53,911 bases of DNA from Patescibacteria group bacterium. GTDB taxonomy: Bacteria; Patescibacteriota; Patescibacteriia; 2-12-FULL-60-25. Position 1 is the stretch's first letter; the number at the start of each line of letters is the position of its first letter. Location of the stretch: positions 1 to 53,911 of the forward strand of contig JBBTQP010000067.1 of NCBI GenBank assembly GCA_038065635.1. Reading direction: 5' to 3'. The notes beneath the pieces were generated by a model. It did no database searches, had not been told where the DNA came from, and saw only the letters and a list, made by a program, of their open reading frames with translations. A program made the position numbers and the translations under genes. Below are positions 1 through 7,410 of the stretch, piece by piece.

Positions 1-145
1 ATTTTACTCTAATAGATTCGAGTGGACGAGTTTCACCGCGTCCCCAATTTACATAAATCTCGGCTATCTGACAGATCATGTCACCAAGATCACTGTTCCT
101 TGCTAGTACGCGATCGTACGTCACGGCTTTTTTTGATGGGGTGGC

Positions 146-697
146 TCATGGCTTGTAATTTAAACTTTCCAGCAAAATCAAAGCAGACAAGCCGAGATAC
201 AGCAAAGGCCAAATTATGAGAGAGAACCAGAAAAAATTATTTATTGACGGTTTAATAATCTCAGAGAGCGGATCACCCATAATCATACGTTTTCGTAATG
301 AATTATCCTCAATAAGGGCGACCTCAGCCTTCTTGCCGTAGCTTTCAAACTGTTGAGGTTCCAGAGCTGCGATATGTCGAACCTTGGAAAGTTTTGTTGT
401 TCTTTCCTGCTTCTTCAGTGCGCTGCCCGAGTCTAAATCATTCCTGATAAGCTCAATGACCATGACGGTAAAAGCGACAACGACAATCAATGATAAAGCA
501 GAGTTGAACCGATCTGAAAAGTCGCTCTTGTTAGCAGACACGACGGTAAAAAAAACGCCAACGAAGGCAACAAAGGATAGCCGAACTTTCCAGTGCGTAT
601 CTTCATTTTTCTGTTGATACTCAAACAGCGCCTTGAAATTTTTCGCTTTCTCTAAAAAGTCTTTTTCTGTTTGCGCGATCCGTTCCTCTTCGTTCAT
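146..697 (-). CDS. hypothetical membrane protein
   Basis: 183-aa ATG ORF with three or four hydrophobic helices (LSFVAFVGVFFTVV, ALSLIVVVAFTVMVIEL, FFWFSLIIWPLLYLGLSALILL). Its ATG overlaps the stop of the truncated vsr (ATGA at 694-697). No family recognised. Confidence 0.5.
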   Translation of the reverse strand: MNEEERIAQTEKDFLEKAKNFKALFEYQQKNEDTHWKVRLSFVAFVGVFFTVVSANKSDFSDRFNSALSLIVVVAFTVMVIELIRNDLDSGSALKKQERTTKLSKVRHIAALEPQQFESYGKKAEVALIEDNSLRKRMIMGDPLSEIIKPSINNFFWFSLIIWPLLYLGLSALILLESLNYKP

Positions 698-891
698 ATC
701 AGAATAAAAATTACCATTTCATATTTCGGCAAAACAATATCAGGTTTACCAAAATATTTTGCGGAATCTTTACTGTACCGAAATCCTTCCGCCCAAAACT
801 TTTTCTGAAACTCAACCTCGATCTTACTGTCCATATTTTTGACAGCACTCATCATCTGACTCCTTCTCTTTTTTGAAACTGTATCAGTCAT
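694..891 (-). pseudogene. vsr: very-short-patch repair endonuclease (Vsr) N-terminal fragment, truncated before the HGCFWH/zinc region
   Basis: MTDTVSKKRRSQMMSAVKNMDSKIEVEFQKKFWAEGFRYSKDSAKYFGKPDIVLPKYEMVIF matches the N-terminal half of Vsr proteins but stops 3 codons later. The ATG at 889-891 overlaps the MTase stop (884-886) by 8 nt, as in dcm-vsr pairs. Confidence 0.6.
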
Positions 892-1969
892 TTTCGTTGA
901 GCGAGGGTAGTCCGTCGAAAGCCTCACAAACAGAAACATGAGGTCTTGTGCCAAAAAGGGATTCTCCTTGTCCATGCGTCGGCTCAGGCATTTTTATTTT
1001 AGGGAGTCCTTTCCGTGATCCGATAAAAAGTAACCTCCTTCTCATTTGGGGCGCTCCATAATCCGCCGCAAGCAGAATCCCATTCGTGACAGAATATCCG
1101 GCGGCCTCGGCTTTTTCTACAATCTGTTTATACAACCTGCCGCCCCCAACTCCTTTTAGATTAGACACATTCTCCATCACAAAAAACGACGGTTTTATTT
1201 TCTCAACGAAACGTAAAAATTCAAAAATTAGCAACCCTCTATCATCGTCTAATCCTTTCTGCTTTCCGGCTTGGCTAAAAGATTGACAGGGCGGTCCACC
1301 ATGTACAATATCCGGGCGGTCATTTGTCCCAGAGTGTTCTTTCCAAAATTTTAGTGGATCGGCAATTTCCGTAATATCTCTACATACCACTTTTGCTTTA
1401 TTCTTTGGATAACTATCCAGTGTATCGCAGGCGTCTTTCCATTTGTCCAAAGCAACGCGAGTTATGATTTTTTTTGTCAATTCCGCACCGATATCCAAAC
1501 CGCCTATGCCGGAAAACAAACTAAACGCTGTCAGTGTTTTCTTTCCCGCCGCCTTAAGCCCTTGTTTTACAATTTGATCAAAAACCGCGTTTGCAAGAGG
1601 AACGGGGACGGCATTCCCTACTTGTTGCTGGGTACTAGTCAACGTTCCTTTTAATTCGAGACTGTCGGGGAAACCCTGCAAGCGTAACGCTTCTCTGACG
1701 GTTATATAACGATTCTCAAACGGGTGGACGAATTTGTTAAAAATAAAACCCGTAACCGTTAGCGATGGTTTTTTAGGATCAAGCCTGATAATCCTCAAAT
1801 TTGGTCCGCCAACTCTGTTTTCGTCATGCTTGACATAGTACTTAAAACTCTCGTGCCAGAGTTCTTCGGGCAAATCCTGCATTCGCTGACCAATGCCCAA
1901 AGCGTCAATCCGCTTTTGAGATTCGGAGCCGACCTTTCGGGCGATGTGGTTATTTACGATTATTTGCAT
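884..1969 (-). CDS. DNA (cytosine-5)-methyltransferase with circularly permuted motif order (IX-X-I-IV-VI-VIII)
   Basis: TVREALRLQGFPD (motif IX) and QQVGNAVPVPLA (X) lie near the N-terminus. They are followed by FSLFSGIGGLDIG (I), GGPPCQSFSQAGK (IV), ENV (VI) and QMRRRLLFIG (VIII). Confidence 0.9.
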   Translation of the reverse strand: MQIIVNNHIARKVGSESQKRIDALGIGQRMQDLPEELWHESFKYYVKHDENRVGGPNLRIIRLDPKKPSLTVTGFIFNKFVHPFENRYITVREALRLQGFPDSLELKGTLTSTQQQVGNAVPVPLANAVFDQIVKQGLKAAGKKTLTAFSLFSGIGGLDIGAELTKKIITRVALDKWKDACDTLDSYPKNKAKVVCRDITEIADPLKFWKEHSGTNDRPDIVHGGPPCQSFSQAGKQKGLDDDRGLLIFEFLRFVEKIKPSFFVMENVSNLKGVGGGRLYKQIVEKAEAAGYSVTNGILLAADYGAPQMRRRLLFIGSRKGLPKIKMPEPTHGQGESLFGTRPHVSVCEAFDGLPSLNEND

Positions 1970-1972
1970 AGA

Positions 1973-2737
1973 TCAGAATGAAAAATTTTCTTTAATCCAT
2001 TCGTCCCGAGCATATGTGAACGAAAAAGACACAATGCCGTCGTAGAGATTATATAAAGGCACGTTTGGAGGAAGGTCTTTTGCCCGTTTCGCTTTGCCCG
2101 TTTCGTCTTTCGTCCAGATGACATCTTTCAAGTCTTGCAAATATTCATCAAAATGTCTGATGGCGTGAAGATTTGAAATGAGTCCGGTTTTAATGTTAAT
2201 TCCATCAATTTTTGGTTTATTTGTTGCTCCAAGTTTTAGGACTTGATATGTTCCTTTTTTGATATCATCGGTTCTATCCATTCCAACGCTGGATTTGCTG
2301 TCTGAAATTGACTCATATCCACCTGCTCCGACTCCGCGTTGAGGCCAATTTTCCGGTATTGGCCGGGGTTGCCCGCATGCGTTGGTCATCCAATAAATTG
2401 CGTCAATGCCATTGCCGGATAATTTTCCTTTACTTTCGTATGTCTTGAAAGCGTGCGACCAGAATGAATGGTACTGCTTAAAAAAATCCATTTTCATTAA
2501 ACCAATTATCCCCTTGTATGCCCACCCCTGTTTAGACTTCGGATCAATCGTTCCTATATCAAAAATCTTGTACGATTTGATCTGTTTATCTTTTTCACCA
2601 ATAAGAGGTAAGAAGATTCCCAGTTTGTCGGACGATAAATTTGTATTATTTAAGGCCAAATGTCCCGATTCAACTTCGCGGTCTTCTTTCTCCTCGGTTT
2701 GCTTTTCAGTAGTTGTCGCCAACGGCAACGTTACCAA
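1973..2737 (-). CDS. hypothetical protein; probable C-terminal part of a split restriction-endonuclease candidate
   Basis: 254-aa ORF with only a TTG start. Its frame stays open upstream through the T10 tract. Its stop lies 3 nt before the MTase ATG. No family recognised. Confidence 0.35.
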   Translation of the reverse strand: MVTLPLATTTEKQTEEKEDREVESGHLALNNTNLSSDKLGIFLPLIGEKDKQIKSYKIFDIGTIDPKSKQGWAYKGIIGLMKMDFFKQYHSFWSHAFKTYESKGKLSGNGIDAIYWMTNACGQPRPIPENWPQRGVGAGGYESISDSKSSVGMDRTDDIKKGTYQVLKLGATNKPKIDGINIKTGLISNLHAIRHFDEYLQDLKDVIWTKDETGKAKRAKDLPPNVPLYNLYDGIVSFSFTYARDEWIKENFSF

Positions 2738-2748
2738 CGGAGATGATT

Positions 2749-3219
2749 TTACTTCTGCAAAAAAAAAACAATTTGCTTGCTTTTTTCATAGAATATTAAG
2801 TCCGCCGGTTCAGACGCTTTGTAAATTTCAATTTTTCTTCCATGTTTCTCAAATAAGATTTTTAACATTAGCCCCAAGAGATCTACGGCGATGCTACCAA
2901 TGCTCCCGGAGCTCGGTTTATTTGATTTATGGTATTTGAATTTTCCGTCTAGGTTGCAACGCGGACAGATGTTGGTGTAAGAAAAGAGAAGCAGCGGATC
3001 GCCCTTATGCGGGCAGTAAATCCATCCTCTGTTCGCTACGCGACTGTAATATTCGGCGGATACCAACAAATCAAAAGCCGCGCCCAACGATAAGCCAATT
3101 TCTTTCTTTGGCATCTTGTACGCCTCTTCCACAAGTCTTTTTGCCAATTCCGCCTTTTCTGAATTTATGGAAATCGGCGTGGAGTTATCTATAATATTTT
3201 GAATGTCTTTGGGCAGCAT
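2749..3219 (-). CDS. hypothetical protein; probable N-terminal part of the same split gene
   Basis: 156-aa ATG ORF whose stop lies within 10 nt downstream of a T10 tract (plus-strand A10). Contains cysteine pairs CPHKGD...CPRC. Sits at the head of the R-M operon. Confidence 0.4.
   Translation of the reverse strand: MLPKDIQNIIDNSTPISINSEKAELAKRLVEEAYKMPKKEIGLSLGAAFDLLVSAEYYSRVANRGWIYCPHKGDPLLLFSYTNICPRCNLDGKFKYHKSNKPSSGSIGSIAVDLLGLMLKILFEKHGRKIEIYKASEPADLIFYEKSKQIVFFLQK
2759..2768. repeat. A10/T10 homopolymer tract at the junction of the two ORFs
   Basis: Counted directly: aa at 2759-2760 plus aaaaaaaa at 2761-2768. Confidence 0.95.
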
Positions 3220-3279
3220 ATTTATTAAATCAATTACCTAGCGGCAGAGCCGGCGGGGTATCGCCGGTTGCATATTTTA

Positions 3280-3495
3280 TCACTCCCATTCCCCAAACCT
3301 CTCCTTAATTTCCTTTACCTTATTTTCCGCCAAATCCAACCGCTTTCGCAGAGCATCCGCGATTTCCATTGCGCGTTCGAATTTCTGAAGGCCTTGGTCG
3401 AGATCGCCATCGCCTTTTTCAAACCAACCGGTAAGAGCTTCGAGTTCCTCGAAACTTTTAGCGACGTCAATTTGTTTGGTTTCCTTTTTGGGCAT
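3280..3495 (-). CDS. xseB: exodeoxyribonuclease VII small subunit
   Basis: 71 aa. FEELEALTGWFEKGDGDLDQGLQKFERAMEIADALRKRLDLAENKV is the typical XseB helical hairpin pattern. xseA lies upstream. Confidence 0.85.
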   Translation of the reverse strand: MPKKETKQIDVAKSFEELEALTGWFEKGDGDLDQGLQKFERAMEIADALRKRLDLAENKVKEIKERFGEWE

Positions 3496-3602
3496 ATTTC
3501 AATATATTTGGTATTTGCATATTCTATTCAATGCTTCATTTATCCACGACTATTTGGTGATAAATTCAAGTTATTGACTTAATATCTTTCATCCGCTATA
3601 TT

Positions 3603-4154
3603 TTATTTATCACCACGAAAAAGACCCCTGCCGGGCTCGTCCCTGCCGGGGGCTTTTTCATTTAGTGATTCTAGTAGATTCTTTTGATCTTTAATATAAG
3701 CAATGGAAGCATCGGTACGTTTTAAAAGAATTGAGCACTTTTCTACCGGGGCAGGCGAAAGTATTGTCAAAAGCTGCTTTTTTTCCAACCAAAATTTAAC
3801 TAGCGGCGCATAGTCCCCATCGCTAGTTACCAACACGACACGCCTAGCCATACCTTCATATGAATCACGCATCGCTTGAGTAACTAGATCTGCGTCACAA
3901 TTGCCCTTTGCTCTTCCGTTACCATCATAAATAACTTCTTTATATACGAGCGTAAAACCATCCTTCTGTAGTTGAGTATACCTATCTTTATATTTTGGAA
4001 TAAGACCAACGAACAGATAAACAAGTCCTACTCCGTATTTATCCGAAAGCCAAATTCGAAATCTGGAATAATCAAGACGCCAACCGAGAGATAGGACTCC
4101 GCGATGTAAATTCGCCCCGTCTATATATGCTATAGTTTTATTCTCTGGCAGCAT
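3603..4154 (-). CDS. NYN (LabA/DUF88-like) domain protein, putative RNase
   Basis: IAYIDGANLHRG ... VVLVTSDGDYAPLV are NYN/PIN-like acidic motifs. The ORF track starts at a TTG (4160); the first ATG is at 4154. About 37% GC in a counted line versus about 50% for xseB. Confidence 0.75.
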   Translation of the reverse strand: MLPENKTIAYIDGANLHRGVLSLGWRLDYSRFRIWLSDKYGVGLVYLFVGLIPKYKDRYTQLQKDGFTLVYKEVIYDGNGRAKGNCDADLVTQAMRDSYEGMARRVVLVTSDGDYAPLVKFWLEKKQLLTILSPAPVEKCSILLKRTDASIAYIKDQKNLLESLNEKAPGRDEPGRGLFRGDK

Positions 4155-4223
4155 AATCAAAAACTCATTCTTTTTGTTTGGCTTCCTTTTTTTGCATAGT
4201 TAGTTGGCTAATTAACGAATCAG

Positions 4224-4325
4224 ATTACGAATTATACGAATTGTATCGAATGTACTTCGTCAACAATTCGTATAATTCGTACGATTCATTCGTAATTCGT
4301 CATTTGTTCATTCGTAATTCGTTAA
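4224..4325. repeat. word-repeat palindrome built from acgaatt/aattcgt units
   Basis: tacgaattatacgaattg (4226-4243) is the exact reverse complement of caattcgtataattcgta (4264-4281). Two further ttcattcgtaattcgt copies follow and run into the last codons of xseA. Confidence 0.85.
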
Positions 4326-5475
4326 TGGTAGTCTCCGCTTCTCCGTCGCGCAATACGAGAGCGACGGATTGTCCGACGCTTAATCCGGTGACAGAGGAAA
4401 TCGTGTTACCGGACGCGTCGCGAATAATAGCATACCCGCGCGAAAGCACTGACGTTGGGTCGAGCGATGCCAGTAAGCGAACTCGATTGGAGATGCGTTC
4501 ACGCAATGACGCAATCCATTGCTCAACAAGCCGCAGACACTTTTCGTTCACTCGCGACAGTGCATCGCGCTTTGAAGCAAGCCAAATACTCGGAGCGCTT
4601 AGGGCGTGAGTGATTGCGTCTCGCCGATCTTCGATTAAACGGATAAAACGTGAATCAATCCCAGACACCAGAGTTGAAAGTTCGTACTGCACATCTCGTC
4701 TGTCAGGGACCAATCGTCGCGCGCAATCAGTTGGAGTTGATGCGCGAACATCAGCGGCTTCTTCCGCCAAGGTTATGTCGCGCTCATGACCGATTGCGAC
4801 GAGCGTTGGAATCTTCGACGCATACACCGCGCGAACAACCTGTTCGTCATTGAACGCCATCAGCTCTTCAAGAGATCCGCCGCCGCGCGTCAAAATAAGC
4901 GCGTCGTAATTTTTCGATTGCGCGGTTTGAATCGCGCGAACAATATCTTTTGGCGCGCGCTCGCCTTGGACGAGAACGTGATAAAGATCTATTTCAACTC
5001 CGCCCCAACGTTCGGACATTATTCGAATGAAGTCGCCGTAAGCAGCACTCTCTCGCGAGGCAACAAGCGCGATGCGTTGCGGGAATCTCGGCAATTCGCG
5101 CTTGCGAGACGGATCAAAAATCCCTTCTTTTTCAAGTCGCGCCCGAAGTAACGCCAGCGCTTTTTTCAAAGCCCCTTCGCCCGCAAGCTCTATTCTTTCA
5201 GCGGAAAGTGAGAATTTCCCGTACTTCGGATACACACGCGGCAATCCTATGACGCGAACCTTGATTCCATCTTCAATCGGAACACGAAGATTCCAAACCG
5301 GAAGAAACACGTTCACCAGCGCCTTATCATCTTTCAAATCAAACGAAACCCACTGCCCTTGCGACACGCGATATCCCGAAACCTCCCCCTCGACTCCAAC
5401 TTCTTCCGTACCCCAAGACTCCTTCAGCACGAAGTTGACTGTCTCGATAAATTCGGAAACTTGGAGGATGCGCAT
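4300..5475 (-). CDS. xseA: exodeoxyribonuclease VII large subunit
   Basis: OB-fold N-terminus (VEGEVSGYRVSQGQWVSFDLKD) and catalytic core (RIALVASRESAAYGDF, LTRGGGSLEELMAFNDE, IGHERD). Start taken at MRILQVSEF (ATG 5473-5475), right after the upstream stop; the 468-aa track ORF is an extension. Confidence 0.9.
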   Translation of the reverse strand: MRILQVSEFIETVNFVLKESWGTEEVGVEGEVSGYRVSQGQWVSFDLKDDKALVNVFLPVWNLRVPIEDGIKVRVIGLPRVYPKYGKFSLSAERIELAGEGALKKALALLRARLEKEGIFDPSRKRELPRFPQRIALVASRESAAYGDFIRIMSERWGGVEIDLYHVLVQGERAPKDIVRAIQTAQSKNYDALILTRGGGSLEELMAFNDEQVVRAVYASKIPTLVAIGHERDITLAEEAADVRASTPTDCARRLVPDRRDVQYELSTLVSGIDSRFIRLIEDRRDAITHALSAPSIWLASKRDALSRVNEKCLRLVEQWIASLRERISNRVRLLASLDPTSVLSRGYAIIRDASGNTISSVTGLSVGQSVALVLRDGEAETTINELRMNK

Positions 5476-5477
5476 GC

Positions 5478-7280
5478 TCACTTCATCAACAACCCTCCCC
5501 ATTCGACCAACGTGAATCCGCGACGAACAGGAGTTTCGATCTTTGGTTCGGGAATGGAGATCGGCGCTTTGAGTTTTTGCCAGTCCATAAAAATGCGGAT
5601 GGACGTCGCCGGTGCTGGCGACACATACAGAGGTGCCGCCTTCGACCATGCGCTCGTCAGGAACGACACACGGTAATACGGCGCGCCAGTCATCTTCGGC
5701 ACCCAAAATTCTCGGAACTCGCGAGACTCGGTCTGATTCAAACCGTATTGCTTCAAAATCTCCGCCAATCTCGAATCCACTTCGCCATCCTTCAAAATAA
5801 ATCCGTCTTTAGGAGCTTTATACCCAACTCCGGTTCCCTCCCAATACAATGAACCAAAACGTGCTCCATCGCGCATAACAAGCTGACCGTCGGGACTTGC
5901 TGTCACGTTCCAACCGGACACGGGATACGTCGGCTCGCTTTCAGTTACGTTAATAAAAGACGGAAGACGAACCGAAACGTTCGTAACCTTTTCGGGATAA
6001 AGATAGATGACGGGTTTGCCACACTCAACCTGTGGCTGAACGTCCATAACGCTATACTGAACCCAACGACCTAATGCGTCGCGCCAAAAAAACACAGGAA
6101 TTGGATGCTTATTGATGAATTCCTCAAATGAGGGTTTTTCACCAGTAGCCCTATCGTAACCGATCCAACTTTCATACATCTCCTTAACTTGTTTAAGATT
6201 GGCAGGATCTTTTGCGATGTAAACGTCATCGCCATTAGGAGCTTTGCCACCGAGAGTCAGAGCGCCCTGCAATTCTGTGTCTGAAACAATCTCCGCGCAA
6301 CCATGAAATCCGCATCCGCTCATTTCATAAGGGAGGTAATATCCTTTAAGATTTGAATTTGCGACCTTCCAAGTCACCCTATCTGCTGAAATAGCGCTCT
6401 CAATACCTTCGGCTGACGTTCCCTTCAAATCTTCACGCTTGGACGGAATAAGCGACGCATAGCGATATCCTGTTCCATCCGGCCCGAAAACGAGTAGACA
6501 ACCGATTGGATCGCTGAAATTAACATCGGTTAAAGTTGAAGAATATAAATTCCAGCCATCTGTAGTTGATGCGACTTTTATTCTTCCTGGACAACCCTCG
6601 CGTGTACAACTTGGATCAGGAACTACTCCACTAAATTCACTCGTAAGTACTATCTTAGCTCCATTTTGAAGCACTGATTCGGACGGCGGAGCGTTTAATT
6701 TTACTGAGTATTTGACATCGAGCGTAAAAAAATAAGTGGAAAGCCATGTTTTATCTTCCATTCCCCGTTGCGAATAAACCCGATCACCGTTTGGCGAAAT
6801 AAATATAAGCGTCTTTTCTCTTGTGGTCCCCAGTCCTTGCTCGTCATACATCATTGCGTAAACTTTATAGCCACCAAGATTCTTCGTGCCACGCACAACA
6901 CCCTTTTCCCAAAAAACAAAATTCGCGGTAAGACCTATCGACCCTTCCGGAAACGGAATGGGAGATGGAACAGACGGATCATGGTTCAAGTTCGCGAAAA
7001 TTACATTCGGATCAACTTTTTTCGGCTGTGAATTCCAATCTACGTCAATTGCAATTCCTGGAGAGGAGGAAGCGGATTCTTCAACCGGAGGCGTTGGTAT
7101 GCCTGTAAGCGGTGGCGGCACATTAGCTGCATCCGGCGGACCGTTAATAATCTTTGTGACCGGAGGTTTTACTATAAACTGCAACGCCACAATTACCACC
7201 AGCACTCCGAATACCACTCCGGAGACAAACAATAGCGGGAAAAGGAAGCATTGAGATGAGAGCTTGGATGTGAGTTTCAT
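5478..7280 (-). CDS. hypothetical membrane-anchored extracytoplasmic protein
   Basis: Start taken at MKLTSKLSS. N-terminal TM (FLFPLLFVSGVVFGVLVVIVAL), a Pro-rich linker, then about 520 aa with no recognised family. The upstream part of the track ORF lies in repeat A. Confidence 0.6.
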   Translation of the reverse strand: MKLTSKLSSQCFLFPLLFVSGVVFGVLVVIVALQFIVKPPVTKIINGPPDAANVPPPLTGIPTPPVEESASSSPGIAIDVDWNSQPKKVDPNVIFANLNHDPSVPSPIPFPEGSIGLTANFVFWEKGVVRGTKNLGGYKVYAMMYDEQGLGTTREKTLIFISPNGDRVYSQRGMEDKTWLSTYFFTLDVKYSVKLNAPPSESVLQNGAKIVLTSEFSGVVPDPSCTREGCPGRIKVASTTDGWNLYSSTLTDVNFSDPIGCLLVFGPDGTGYRYASLIPSKREDLKGTSAEGIESAISADRVTWKVANSNLKGYYLPYEMSGCGFHGCAEIVSDTELQGALTLGGKAPNGDDVYIAKDPANLKQVKEMYESWIGYDRATGEKPSFEEFINKHPIPVFFWRDALGRWVQYSVMDVQPQVECGKPVIYLYPEKVTNVSVRLPSFINVTESEPTYPVSGWNVTASPDGQLVMRDGARFGSLYWEGTGVGYKAPKDGFILKDGEVDSRLAEILKQYGLNQTESREFREFWVPKMTGAPYYRVSFLTSAWSKAAPLYVSPAPATSIRIFMDWQKLKAPISIPEPKIETPVRRGFTLVEWGGLLMK

Positions 7281-7314
7281 ATATACGACACAGGGATGGG
7301 TTATATCTTTTTTC

Positions 7315-7407
7315 GTCATTGCGAGCATCAGCAGAGGCGTGGCAATCTAATCAGAGGAGAGAACCCTCTTACTAGATTGCCACGTCGTTGCTACTCCTCG
7401 CAATGAC
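7315..7407. repeat. family A palindromic repeat (gtcattgcgag...ggcaatct / agattgcc...ctcgcaatgac), complete copy
   Basis: Left arm 7315-7348 and right arm 7374-7407. The right arm is identical to the one at 17175-17208. Confidence 0.9.
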
Positions 7408-7410
7408 ATC

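Noticed and set aside
1-124. Open minus-strand frame running off the left edge (..KKAVTYDRVLARNSDLGDMICQIAEIYVNWGRGETRPLESIRVK).
   Set aside because: At most about 40 codons are visible, the start is ambiguous (GTG at 124 or ATG at 79) and no family was recognised. There is too little to support a feature. The plus-strand ORF at 22-219 looks spurious as well.
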